NCBI GenBank assembly: GCA_951406725.2
Contig: OX597828.1
Coordinates: forward strand, 3,968,001 to 4,032,000
DNA from: Octopus vulgaris
Lineage: Eukaryota
Length of the DNA stretch: 64,000 nt
Reading direction: 5' to 3'
The notes beneath the pieces are model-generated. The model saw only the letters and a program-made list of their open reading frames with translations. It ran no database searches and was not told where the DNA came from. Numbering within the stretch: position 1 is the first letter of the stretch; each line of letters opens with the position of its first letter. The position numbers and the translations under genes are program-made. Positions 39,661 to 53,737 of this stretch are shown piece after piece.

Positions 39661-40086
39661 GTGGGCACTTATGGAGTGAATTTTACGGCTTATAATTCTA
39701 ATATCTTCCATCCTTCCTTAATACCGGTTCCCACATGCTGTTCATATCTGCACTCGGTCTGCTTAGTAGGTTGTTGTGTCCTAGCATATGTGCTGCTTCT
39801 TTTAGTTTTCATATTTTCCAGTGGTGTTCTCTATCTCTTATTTTAACTTCATCCAACTGGGGTAGGTGGAGTATATTTTTCCATACATGATCAGCCATGC
39901 CCGACTTATCAATATCTCGACGTGTCACAGCTTTGCGATGTTCCTCCACCCTTATTTAGAGGGGACGGCATGTTTCGCCATTGCATAACGTATCACAGCT
40001 GCATGGGATGGAGTACACGCAGTTCTTAGTCATATTCTCTTCTATTGGTGGTTTTACTATTGGCCGCATATCTTTTGCATCTTTTC

Positions 40087-40244
40087 GGCACAGGCGTGGC
40101 TGTGTGATAATAAGCTTGCTTGCAACCACATGGTTCCGGGTTCAGTCCCACCGTGTGGCATCTTGGGCAAGTGTCAGCTCCTATAGCTTCGGGCCAACCA
40201 AAGCCATGTGAGTGTATTTGGTAGACTGAAAGAAGCCCGCCGTA

Positions 40245-40317
<73 letters not shown>

Positions 40318-40327
40318 ATGTGTGTAG

Positions 40328-40367
<40 letters not shown>

Positions 40368-40592
40368 AGATATAGATATATGTATGTATGTATATATTTG
40401 TGTATCTGTGTTTGTTCCCCACCATCGCTTGACTACCGATGCTGGTGTGTTTACGTCCCAGTAACTTAGTAGTTCGGCAAATGATATCGATGAAATAAGT
40501 ACTGGGCTTACAAAGAATAAGTCATGGGGTATTACTTCTACTTCAGCATGGTCGCAGTCAAATGACTGAAACAAGTAAAAGAATAACAGAAT
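40087..40592 (+). mobile_element. SINE family A with expanded internal microsatellite
   Basis: GGCACAGGCGTGGCTGTGTGA...GGTTCAGTCCC...GACTGAAACAAGTAAAAGA. Confidence 0.88.
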
Positions 40593-41064
40593 ATATATTA
40601 AATTTCGAATGGAAAGAGGTTGCTTTTTCGCGTGCTTGCATTTTATCTAAGCTTACAACGGTTTAGCTCCATGTCGATTAATATACTTGGAATTTATTAA
40701 TTTATGTTAGTGTTAATGTTAACACTTACGAAGTTCCAGTAGTCGTTATAGATGTTATCAGCCATTCGATATAGGAGAACATAATTTTAATAATATAATA
40801 TAAAAACATGGAGAATTTGAACACATAAAGAACAATTTATTTATAAAATAATCAATTTCATTTCGATTACGTACGTTTGAAATTCTTAGCCTCATTCATA
40901 TTTTGCTATCAAGATTTTAAAAAGGTAAAAATCACTTCGGGGCAAAAATTGATAAAATTTCATTCCCATCCACTCTCATCTCTCGGGCCCAAGAAATAAT
41001 ATATCATATGTATGTGTGAATGTGTGGACACGTTTTTGTAAATGCTACAGTACATACATATGTG

Positions 41065-41118
<54 letters not shown>

Positions 41119-42318
41119 ACAAGTAAAATCAACTACATTAGAGAAACAAAAGAATATTAGGAATAAGTGCAATTGGACCATGCTTGGAATACTAGGGATA
41201 CAGCAACAAGGTTGGTAGGAGTGGAAAGAAATCCACCAGATTTATGTCACTGGGTAACTAAAACCGGGAACTTGTGCGGTTGTGTGCGCTAGTCTGTCTG
41301 TGTGTATGTATATACGGTTTTGTGCATATTATATATTTATGTTCTCTATATTGTATATATTTGCCTCTGTGTGCCTGTGTGAGTATATGGATACTACATA
41401 CTTAACGCATATGAGTGACAGTATACTATATACTCACACACATCCATATTTACGCCTGCGTAAAACTGAATAATGATAGGTGTCAGCAAACTATATACTT
41501 TGCTCTGTATCACACTACACGGGGCAGTGTATGTCATCAGGTTGAAGAAATACGCCACTATAAATGAGAGTAACTAGTGATAATGTATCTAATTCTTGAA
41601 AATTAAGGAATCTGTCCGCAGAGTTCTTTCACACTAATTCAAAATGTCACGAAGTGAGTCCTTACAATATTCTTCTGACGAATATACATATTGCGTGTCT
41701 TAAAGTAATTTATTTCCTCCAATTTTCTTTAGGTGCCATCACAAAAGTTAACTAGACACGTCCAACTTCTTATTTCAAGTTAATATTTCCGTATATCAGC
41801 AATTTCATTAAAATATCCTCTCCAGTCTTGCCTGATACAATTTGTAGACAATAGTTAATAATTGTCCATGGCTTTAACTGTTAGATATTGAACAATTTAT
41901 CAATTACGTACATATGAATACAAAGACCCACACATAGCGACGAATAAACCTTTACACTCAAGCATGCAATGAGACACATAAGCATATATTTGTACACACA
42001 CAGATACAGACACTCACACATGCACACACACACACGCACACACACACACACACACACAGAACATAATTTGAGTGACTAAGATTAGTCGACCGGTGTGCGT
42101 GCGTCGTTGACAGGCCTCTATCATTAAATAAAGTGTTAAGCACTTACTGTATGCAAATTAGTAGCTCCTGTTCCCTCTAGCTACGGGACTTGTTCGGTAT
42201 ATTTAAAGATTAGTTGCTTGTCATCCCGTATTGGTCAAATTGATTTAAACACCTCTGATGAGATCTGCCATAAGGTTCGAAAAAACGATTAAGGTAGTTC
42301 GTCATGTTTTTTTCAGAT

Positions 42319-42375
<57 letters not shown>

Positions 42376-43572
42376 GATATAAATATATGTGTCTGTTTAT
42401 ACATATATAAACAAATATATCTCAAATCATGCTCTCCCGTCTCATCGAAACTGATGTTTTCGATAACACACAGTCTTACACGATTCTTAACGGACTTCTC
42501 GATGAAGTTTGAAATGGATGACTTTAATAAACAATTATAGCCGAAGAACTATAGGTGCAATATTGGCATAAGCAATATTTGCTTGTTGTATTATCAGTTC
42601 AAATTTTCTCATTGACAGCAAGCAGTTCTACCATTTCGAAGCAACGGTTTCTTAATAAAGGAGAAAATTATACATACCAAGCTTTGATCCACACCGGCTG
42701 AAGTAGTCCAACTAATCGCAAAGGCGTCCTCATGTAGAAAATAGTTTGCTTTAACAATATACCTCGCTCGACTGGCTTCAGACAGGTCCAAATAAGTCGA
42801 ATCTGGCAAGTTTATTATACATAAATGTAACACCTAGGAACAGCAATGGTTTTCATCTGACCGATCTACTTGTCTATTTCCTCTGTGGCCAACAACCTAA
42901 GCAGAAATAGAAAGCTCAGTAAAAGGTGTGCATATGCCCCAAGTCATTGGGCGGGGTTATGGTACGTATATGGAACAAAGGACATCTATGTGTCGCGGAT
43001 GGTCTGCCGAGGGATAATTTGTTTTCTATATATGACTTTGATCAGGAATCAGTTAAGATTACACAAAAGAACAAAAGGAAAACAGAGTAGCTAATAAAAC
43101 GCCATTGACTTTTATATGACTACTATTTGGACGAGTGTGCATTGAACAGAAAGTGTATAGATGTTGCTGATGAAAACAAGACAGAATTATATTCAATGTA
43201 CAACGTTATAGATATCAGAAATTAATTTTGGTTTGATATTCCTGTTAAAAGAATATTCCTGTTAACAGAATATGTTAAAAAATACTAACTTTTTCTTATG
43301 TATATTTGTATACAAATGGAAGAATTCATAGATGCTTACTCACGCTTGAATAAATATGTACAAATACCAATAAACCGACCAACGAACTCACAGTCGCACT
43401 CATACGCAAGCCTACATATTATATTCAAAACCTCTACATGGCTACTGTCATGTGACGAGAGCCAATAAGAAATTAAATATAATAATAGAATATAGTCGTG
43501 TATATGTTAATTTATATTCATCCTTAAATAGGTACGCCTATCTATTTTTATACGCATCGAACTAGCTATCCA

Positions 43573-43671
<99 letters not shown>

Positions 43672-44381
43672 ATTAACCTATCTATCTATTGATCTATCCA
43701 TATAGTCATATTACGCGTATATTCATCTATGCGCTTTATTGGTCTTATTGTGGAGCTCTTTGGAAATGTATTGGAGTTTTCAGCAGTCTGTGTGATAATA
43801 CAAAAAAAAGCCCAAGTGTTAATACTGAGAATGCGTATTTCAAATCACTTTCAATTAATAGAGAACAAATGTGACCTATTCTTTACTCTTTACTATACTG
43901 TAAACCACTCTATTTAATTAGCTACCTTTCTAAATTAACTATGGATTTGCTTCATTGATTTAAAATATTTCTTACAGCTCTATTTTTGAAGTATTTCTTT
44001 AAATGTTTTAAAGAATATTTGATCATTCCAACTGTTTGAAAGAAACACTCGAAAACAAAAAGCAAAAATTGAAGCAAATAAATTAAAACCATAATCTCAT
44101 CAGAATTATGCATGATAAGATTGGAATATATATAATTGTATTTATTCGTCATTGACGTGTAAAATATAGTAAAATTTAAATTTACCAGATAAACCAGCTA
44201 TTAATGTTTCCAACAAGTTTAAAATATAAATGAATAATTGAATTTGAAACAATGGACAACGAAATAAATATGCAAAATTTAAATCTTTAATGTGATAAGG
44301 TATAGTGAGAAAATATTAACTTGTCAAAATGGAATGCAGGCCTATGCGCATTAGTGTGTATTTGCATTCGTGTATGTATGC

Positions 44382-44444
<63 letters not shown>

Positions 44445-45204
44445 CATATATATATATATATACTCCCTCACACATATATACAGGCATACATAGACGCACA
44501 AACATAAACAAGAGATACGTACATATATAGTTTTTATTTGATGACTAATTTAAAGTATTATTTGTGTTTCGATTCCATGTAAAACTTATCAACGATAGTC
44601 GAAAACTTAAAATCTATATCTACTAGTAGCCATTTACACACACTTATATCTGAATTATTTAGCGCTCAAACTTCTTAAACCATGCTTTAACTATAAGTTC
44701 ACAAACATTCATGGCAATATACAGATAGTAGATCCATCGAAAGAAGTAGCGTTCAAAGTATTTAAATGCTGTTGTAAAAATGTTATACCAGTTTAATTTA
44801 TATCTAGTTGACATAATGCTTTGCAGGAGCGGATGTGCATCTGCATTGTCAGATGGACGCTGTCACCGGTGTTTAGCTTTCAGAATTGTGCCTCAGTGGA
44901 CGTTGGTCTTCTGTTTGGTGAGGTAATCAAAACAGCATGTCAGATTCCTTGTCAATCATTTCTACCGTTGTAATTTTAGGCGAGCGTGGTCGCCTGACAG
45001 CCATATCTTGGTCCTGAATTTTAGGCAAACGTGGTACAGAGAAACAAAAGAATCTCACATTAGTGAAACACAGAAGTCAAATACGAATACTTTTTCTTTT
45101 CTTACGGCCTATCAGTGACAGCAGTTTGAAGTACTTTGATAAAGTGTATCGTTGGTAACAACAATATGCTCACTTCCCGTATGGCCGGTGGCAATTTTTC
45201 TCAT

Positions 45205-45500
45205 AAGCCGTGGTGGTGTGGTGATATGAAGCTCGCTTCCCAACTACATGGTTCTGGTTGTTACCCCACTGCGTGGCACCTTATGCAAGTGTTCTTTTCT
45301 ATGTACACAGGCCAACCAGAGCCTAGCGTGTGTATTTGGTAGATGAAAACTGAAAGAAGCTCATCGCATATATGTGTGTTCCTGTGTGTGTGTATGTGTG
45401 TGTGTTGGAGTCTTTGTGTTTCTGCTTGTATTCGTTACCACACTGCTTCACAACCGCTGTTGGTTTGTTTTCTCCTAGTAACATAGCCGTTCAGGATAAG
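45205..45500 (+). mobile_element. SINE family A, strongly diverged
   Basis: CCCACTGCGTGGCACCTT, ATTTGGTAGATGAAAACTGAAAGAAGC. Confidence 0.7.
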
Positions 45501-45539
45501 CGGATTTTTCTTGCTGGGATACCTGAAATAGTGGGTTTG

Positions 45540-46235
45540 CACCAACAAACCAGAAACCCTGGTGTAACTGAAGGAGAACATCAGTAGAGAAATCAAGGAA
45601 GTGGGGGTATATTTCGTTTCTAAATATCTCAGAGACAGTTATGCAGTAACAGCACGATAAAGCGATGCGATGGCTTGTTGCTAACTTAATGTGGCAGTCC
45701 CAGGAAAGGGACAAATGTTACTGTTACTTAGCCCCATATACCACCGTTTCTAGTTCGCTGCGTGACACAAGCGTTCAGTGCCCTTAAGTTTTCAAACAAG
45801 GGAGAAAAGCACTTCCACCCAACAAAGCCAGCCCCGAGAGACTTGTTCAAGGACAATTGCCCTTCATCAGTCTGGAGTAGCTTGACCTAGCTAGATGTCG
45901 CTGCTAAATTGGAAACTTATAGAATTTGAAGTGAAATACGTTCACTGATCTACAAAAATAGAAATATTACATTTCTAAATCTCTCGGAGATTTATGTAGT
46001 AACAACATGATAAAGTGATGGGTTGTAGCCAACTTATTGTGGCAGCCCCAGGAAAGGAGAGAATGTTACTTTTATTTAGCTCCAAGAAACACAGTTTCTA
46101 GTTGGCTACGTGACACAAGTGTTGTGTGTCCTTAAGTTTTCAAACAGGGAACATAAGCACACCCACCCAACAAAGTTTCAGGGTAATTACTCTTCATTAG
46201 TTTGGAGTAGCTTGACCTTGTTAGATATCGCTGAT
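45540..46235 (-). repeat. Two tandem copies (~348-bp period) of multi-hairpin repeat family
   Basis: GTTTCTAGTT at 45747 and 46095; reverse-complement similarity to 46860-47390 and 6375-6635. Confidence 0.8.
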
Positions 46236-46359
46236 AATATGTATCTGTATATATTTATGTATGTATGTATGTATGTATGTATGTATGTATGTATGTATGT
46301 ATGTATGTATGTATGTATGTATGTATGTATGTATGTATGTATGTATGTATGTATGTATG

Positions 46360-46392
<33 letters not shown>

Positions 46393-46856
46393 GTCTGTCT
46401 GTCTGTCTATCTATCTTTCTATCTATCTCTCTATATATACGCTTATACATACACAGACACATGAACACAAACACACACACTTATACATATATATATATAT
46501 ATATATATACACGCATGTACATACACATACGAACATGTACACGCGTGCACAAGTATAACAATATATATATATATATATGCACATACATGCCTCAGTATTC
46601 ACACTGCACCAGGATTAAGTTCATACGGATGTACCTATACCTTTGCACGAATTGCAGACAGACCTAAATCAGCACCTACATACACATGTCTTCGCGCGCA
46701 GGCGCATGTGTATATTTTGGTGCGTGCGTAACAAATCTATCTTCTGTCCCTGAAAGGAAGATTGTGAGCGCCAAGAAACATCATTTCCAGCTGTCTGTAC
46801 GACAAAATACCTGTCAATACATTCGAACAGCTAATCTGTATTGATAAATAGCTCAG

Positions 46857-47390
46857 AAACCGGCCCACATGTGTTGTTTTGTGCTGAATGGGAGTGCTGG
46901 ACTCCCTGTTCGAAAATATAAAGACACAGATATTGTGTCGTATAGCCAGCTGGAAACGATGTTTCTTGGGTTTTAACAGCAGTAACTAACGTCCCTTCCA
47001 GAACAGCCACATTATGTTGGCAAATAGCATTTACTTTAAAGAACATTTACTGAATATCTCTCTTTGGGAGATTTAGAAATAATATTATTTTGATTTATTA
47101 GATCAGTGATTCTGTGTCACTTTGAAAACTATACTTTCCAACGGTGAATTCAGCGATGCCACCGAGCCGAGCAATTCCTCTGTGTTGATAAAGTACAATA
47201 ACACAAAAACCGGTCCACAGATGTTGTCTTGTGCTTAATGGAAGTGCTGGACTCCCTGTTCGAAAATATAAAGGACACAGATATTGTGTTCTATAGCCAA
47301 CTGGAAACGATGTTGCCTGGGGTTAAACAACAGTAACAATCGTTCCTTCTAAGACGGCCACATTATGTTGGCAAATAGCCTTTACTTTGG
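46857..47390 (+). repeat. ~1.5 tandem copies (~349-bp period) of the same family
   Basis: CCGG(C/T)CCACA at 46860 and 47209; GTGCTGGACTCCCTGTTCGAAAATATAAAG in both. Confidence 0.85.
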
Positions 47391-47658
47391 ATACATATAG
47401 ATAGCGACTGAAGGCACTATTCAGCACCAGTATTGCTAGAAATACGAGTCAATCAACTCATAGCCGCAATAACGTACCTTCTTATTTACTGACAAGGGTG
47501 GAAAAAATATCAATGTTAATTTATTGATACATTTGGGCAGGTCTATGTCTGTATAATCAGACAATTGCGAACGATGTTTTAAAAAAATTCAAAACTCTGA
47601 AAAAAAGTCCTGTTCAAATTTTTCATAGTTGAAAACGTTGCTTACTTTTTACTCAACA

Positions 47659-47760
<102 letters not shown>

Positions 47761-47968
47761 AATATATGTTAATATATATATTATATAAAAGGGCTTAGTA
47801 AAATAAATTACTTTGCCGCATACTGAACTCATTAGAAATAGCAGCTAAAAAACTTTTTTAAAGCTATTTCTAATACTTAAAGAAAATCTCTCTCATATAT
47901 AGTGTTTGCTTAATTCAACTCACAAAAGTTTGGGGGTAAGGACATTAAAAAATCAAATGCTAAGGTTA

Positions 47969-48024
47969 TTTGAGAACGTACGTTTCAAGATTAGTCAAAA
48001 CAACATTTCTATCATCAGCTCAGA
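47969..48024 (-). ncRNA. Minimal type-I hammerhead ribozyme, weak stem II
   Basis: TGAG-CTGATGA-TAGA...TCTT-GAAA-CGTACG-TT-CTCA. Confidence 0.65.
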
Positions 48025-48513
48025 AACTCCTTGGTTTGGATTTGGAAACACTGAAAGTAAGAACATACCCTTTCGAAGATCCGCTCGTAACTAACAGTGC
48101 CAACAAACCCAAATAAGCAAGCGAAGAATTTCTGTCCTCCCCTTTCCACCAGCGTGGGTTAAAATCATCAAACGCTATGCTTATTTCGGTAAAATCCGAA
48201 GCATTAATTAGAGGGAGATTAATTATAATTTCAACAATTGAGGGTAAAATTAATTAATTATTAATCAATTTCACCAAGTGTTCAGTATGCAAAGGGACCA
48301 TTTAAGGCGAATTCAAATTATTACATTATATAAAAGGGCTTAGTAAAATAAATTACTTTGCCGCATACTGAACTCATTAGAAATAGCAGCTAAAAAACTT
48401 TTTTAAAGCTATTTCTAATACTTAAAGAAAATCTCTCTCATATATAGTGTTTGCTTAATTCAACTCACAAACGTTTGGGGGTAAGGACATTAAAAAATCA
48501 AATGCTAAGGTTA

Positions 48514-48569
48514 TTTGAGAACGTACGTTTCAAGATTAGTCAAAACAACATTTCTATCATCAGCTCAGA
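48514..48569 (-). ncRNA. Minimal type-I hammerhead ribozyme, second tandem copy
   Basis: Identical to 47969-48024. Confidence 0.65.
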
Positions 48570-49960
48570 AACTCCTTGGTTTGGATTTGGAAACACTGAA
48601 AGTAAGAACATACCCTTTCGAAGATCCGCTCGTAACTAACAGTGCCAACAAACCCAAATAAGCAAGCGAAGAATTTCTGTCCTCCCCTTTCCACCAGCGT
48701 GGGTTAAAATCATCAAACGCTATGCTTATTTCGGTAAAATCCGAAGCATTAATTAGAGGAGATTAATTATAATTTCAACAATATACATATATACAGACAT
48801 ACAGGCCAGTCAGACAGACACACACGCATATTGCGAGTGAGTGATTGATTGTCTGGTGAAAATTTCTTCCTCAATAGTCATTATCAGCAAACAGTTCTTT
48901 TAGTTTAACTCCATTGTATATGAGACTGAGGCAGATGTGTAACAAGGAAAAAATATTTATGGCCTACAGTAATTTGCATAATTTATTCAGTTGTTTAAAA
49001 ACATTAAGTTAGAATTACTCCGAAATTCTATCTCGTGATTAATCCATATTTATATGTGCCAAATATATATGTCGAAATTGAGGCCTAATTTCACAGCAGG
49101 AATAAATATATGTTAATTGAGCGTATGAAAATGATTCCCGTTCTACAAGTAAAATATTATTTATGCATATTTTTGACGAATTATACAAATTGTTATACAG
49201 CGAATTTTTTCTTTTTGTATCAAACACAGAAAATGTCTGTGGGGTCAGTTTATGGAAGTAATTGTCATACTGTTATCTGCAGCACCCGCGTAGCATATGA
49301 AAATGAATTAGTAAGCCACTTTATAAAATATCTGGGGAAAAAAAAAACAAAAATACAGTAATATCTAAAAAAAACTTTAAACTTGCTTATAATTGAAAAG
49401 TACATATTCGCTGGTCACCTACTCTCAAAATAAATTATATTTAAATAATAAACATATATGAATGCACTTAATATCAGCATATATAAACACACACAAACTC
49501 TATCACTATCCCACTCTTGTATTTCCCATACTTTTAATCGGAATTTCTGATTTCAAATTCATGTAAATTTATTGAATCTGGATTTTTTCAAAACATAAAA
49601 GCCACCGTCTAAAGGAATTGATAAAATATATTATAACGGAATGCAAAGTCATCGATTTCATCCATATCTACTATTGTGTGTATTGTCATCTTGGCTTAAA
49701 ATATTTCAATTTACTTCTATCAATAAAATACATTACAGCGAGTACATTTTCTTCAAGATAACTTTAAATTCATAGCATGTGCTTTTAGAATATATTTTTA
49801 CATTCATCACTAAAAACCAAACCTCCCGCAGCACAATCATGAAAATATGTCTTTAGGGACATAATGATTGATTGTAAAAGTCGATAAAACGTCATTTAAA
49901 ATCACGCGCACATGCATCTACATAAATTCTGTAAACACGTGTACACTTACGTAAATACAT

Positions 49961-50018
<58 letters not shown>

Positions 50019-50032
50019 GTATATATATACAT

Positions 50033-50085
<53 letters not shown>

Positions 50086-50187
50086 TATGCATACTCACAC
50101 ACACACACATATATATATATATACACACACGTATACATATACATATACATATATATATATATATATATACACGTATACATATACATA

Positions 50188-50222
<35 letters not shown>

Positions 50223-50227
50223 TAGAC

Positions 50228-50265
<38 letters not shown>

Positions 50266-50282
50266 GTAGGTAGGTAGGTAGG

Positions 50283-50360
<78 letters not shown>

Positions 50361-51119
50361 CATATGCGGCATAGTGCAACAAGGGAAAACTCAAGCTTAA
50401 TTTTTGTGCTCAGAATTTCTAAAGAGGAAGACTTAGAAATAGTCGTTTCTTCCACCACATGTAGTAGATCTGTCATATATTTCCAATAATCCAATATGAT
50501 TTTATATCCAAACATCAATAATATAATAAGGTATACCATACGCTACTATACAGATCTAATCAATAGGTAATCATAAAATATAGCTGAAACTATAAAGCCA
50601 AATACATTTAAAAATACATAATGTGTGTGTATGTAACTATGCATACATACAAGAGCACACTTTCTCACATACACAAATATATGTATATGGTTGCGTGTGT
50701 GCGTGTGTGTGTAATGACGATAAAATTTCCTTCCTACAAGTAAATTTATGTTTCTCTGTTTTTATGAGAAATATTTCAAATATTCCGTCGTGTTGTACCG
50801 TATGTCATCAGAGGTGACAATAGTAAAACTATAAATGATTTTTGAGAGAAATAATAATACAATGGGAGTCAAAGAGTGATTACTTTATATTTGTCAAATT
50901 GAAAATTAACATTTCATCCTCAATATGTCATTAAGTTATCGCATATGTCTACTTTGAAATCAATCGATCTGATACCAAGAGAATCATTCAAAGAATACCT
51001 ATGTCTTCAATGCATTATTGTTAACTAACCAGAGAAAGAGTTATTGCTTTGCATGGATCATTACCAGTACGAACGGGTATCAACATTATGACAAACAGTT
51101 CGTATTATTTACTTATTGC

Positions 51120-51695
51120 GAATTCATGTTTCCGAGTTCAAATACCGTCGAAGTTGACTATTAAGGTGGCGAGCGACCAGAATTGTTAGAAGAGAGCGGA
51201 AAATGCTTGGCAGCCTTTCATCTACCTTTGCGGTCTGTGTTCAAATTTTGCAGATGCTGACATTGCCTTTCATCCTTTCGAGGTCGATAAAATAAGTACC
51301 AGTAGAAGATTAGGGTCGATGTCATTGACTTACCTCTCCCCAAAAATTACTGGCCTTGTGCTAAAATTTGAATATACTACAAATTGAAATGGCAGCGAGC
51401 TGGATGAATCACTAGCACACCGGACAAAATGCTTTGCGGCATTTCCTCCGTCATTATCATTCGACCTTAAATTCCACCAAAGTCAACTATTAAGGCGGAG
51501 AGCTGTCTGAATTATTAGAACGCAGGGGAAAGTACTGGGTGGTATCTCATCTACCTTTATGTTCTGAGTTCTGCTGAGGTCAATTTTACCTTTCATCATT
51601 TATGGGTTGATAAAACAAGTACCATTCGAGCATTGAGGTCCATGTAATCGGGTTGCTCCTTACCCCGACATTGCTAGCCCTATGCCAAAATTTGT
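51120..51695 (+). mobile_element. Tandem cluster of diverged SINE family B copies
   Basis: Heads AAGGTGGCGAGC (51163), GGCAGCGAGCTGG (51391), AAGGCGGAGAGCTG (51492); GTCGATAAAATAAGTACCAG. Confidence 0.75.
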
Positions 51696-52649
51696 TAACC
51701 GTTTTTACTAAATGTGTCTTTCATAAATAATGTTTTATAATGCGAGGAAAGCTTATAAGAACAGTGCGCTTATAATGAGCTTTATAATTTGCCACATATT
51801 TCAATGAAATATATTATTAAATTTAGGGTAAAAGAAAGATAAAAAGTCAATTAAATACATGATTTAAGGTCCGGAAAACAGAACGAGGTGGTAGGTCAGG
51901 AAATGATTCGATCAAAGGGAAATTTGAGGATGGAGCAAAGCTAAGAAAAAGCGACGGTGAAGGTCTATTTGATACAACAAATTATAACGTCCTACAGAGT
52001 GACCTATATGCAATAAACATTCACACGCACGCACACACACACACATACACACGCACGCACACACACAAACACATACACACACACATACACACACATTATA
52101 TCTCTCTCTTATAGTCCTTATCCAGCTTTATATTACGTTATTTCTTTAATCGGGTCCTCGATGTGTAGCAGTTTCTTCATATAGCTATCTCAACTAAATC
52201 CCGATTAACTTTCAATCAAATTTTTAAAATAATGAAAAATTAAGAACCACTTTTTGTGGAGTTTCCTCTTTCTATATGGACTCTACTCGGCAATATCTTG
52301 CTCGCTGGTTGAGCAAGCCGGTAGTTAAACATGAAATATCAGTTAACTTGATGTTTTCAATGCATTTAGCACTTCTGTCTGTATAGAGTCACAACATCAG
52401 TTAATTCAGAAACGTTATTCTGAAAAATGTTTTAAATAATAACGTTGCTTTAACATTTAGTATTGCTATTATAAAAACATGAACATATGAAATGATAATT
52501 GTCAACCGTGTTCCTTTTGCAAGTGTATCCAAGATGATGATTATTATAATGGTCATCATTATGATGGGGATAAGGTTTATGATGATGATGGAGATGACGA
52601 GCGTGAGACAAAGCCACAGTGAATCTCACTAATATTTGAGTGACGTATT

Positions 52650-53400
52650 TGGCCTCAAATTTGTGGGGAGGGGACTCGTCGATTACATCGACTCCAGTGT
52701 TTCCCTGGTACTTGATAATTTATCGACTACGAAAGGATGAAAGGTAAAGTCGACCTCGGTGGAATTTGAACTCAGAACGTAACGGCAGAGAAAATAACTA
52801 TTTCTTTATTACCAACAAGGGGCTAAACATTGAGGTGACAAACAAGGATAGACAAAGGTATTAAGTCGATTGCATCGACCCCAGTGCGTAACTGGTAATT
52901 CATTTATCGACCCCGAAAGGGTGAAAGGTAAAGTCGACCTCGGTGGAATTTGAACTCAGAACGTAACGGCAGACAAAATAACTATTTCTTTATTACCAAC
53001 AAGGGGCTAAACATTGAGGTGACAAACAAGGACAGACAAAGGTATTAAGTCGATTGCATCGACCCCAGTGCGTAGCTGGTACTTAATTTATCGACCCCGA
53101 AAGGGTGAAAGGTAAAGTCGACCTCGGCGGAATTTGAACTCAGAACGTAACGGCAGACAAAATACCTATTTCTTTATTACCAACAAGGGGCTAAACATTG
53201 AGGTGACAAACAAGGACAGACAAAGGCATTAAAGTCGATTGCATCGACCCCAGTGTGTAACTGGTAATTCATTTATCGACCCCGAAAGGATGAAAGGCAA
53301 AGTCGACCTCGGCGGAATTTGAACTCAGAACGTAGCGGCAGACAAAATACCGCTAAGCATTTCACCCGGCGTGCTAACGTTTCTGCCAGCTCGCCGCCTT
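52650..53400 (-). mobile_element. SINE family B with body amplified as ~184-bp tandem array (x4)
   Basis: AAAGG(T/C)AAAGTCGACCTCGG at ~52740, 52925, 53109 and 53293; single head at 53340-53400. Confidence 0.9.
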
Positions 53401-53737
53401 AGACAGCTACAAAATAATAGTATACGTTCAGCTTGCAGGCTGACATAAGCCATAATACTGCGAATAAGTCCAGAGTTCCGAATAACATACCAGAACAGGT
53501 AATCTCAACTCAACAAATAATACCGTTGTGAAGGCATAAGTGAAATACCTTTCCATTGCATTTGCTCTAAGTACAAGGAAATGAATCAAGCAAGCAGAGT
53601 TATGAGCTAATCTCCATTTCAGTTCAGCAGCCATGTTATATTGAACTGTTCCCACTCTTATCGATGTCACATGAACGCGGTCGAACCGTTGCAATAAAGA
53701 AATATTCTCTGCGTATTGGGTATTAACTGGGACGAAT

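Larger units (their letters stand above)
39455..40085 (-). mobile_element. Penelope/Poseidon-type PLE 3' end: decayed GIY-YIG EN, tRNA-like module, HHR
   Basis: 40085-39698 translates to TKNCVYSIPCSCDTLCNGETCRPL*IRVEEHRKAV...KSGMADHVW...REHHWKI*KLKEAAHM. Confidence 0.85.
47780..48782 (-). mobile_element. HHR-containing tandem repeat, 545-bp unit x ~1.8, next to (TA)n
   Basis: ATTATATAAAAGGGCTTAG at ~47780 and ~48325; ORFs 47906 and 48451 are 545 apart and nearly identical. Confidence 0.9.

Noticed and set aside
42609-42920. DLSEASR...EDAFAISW reminiscent of DIRS elements
   Set aside because: Only two short degenerate motifs; no RT or recombinase nearby.
47832-47850. TAGAAATAGCA resembles the Cas9 sgRNA scaffold; tandem repeats considered as CRISPR
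   Set aside because: Short chance match; no repeat-spacer array or cas genes, and the context is eukaryotic.
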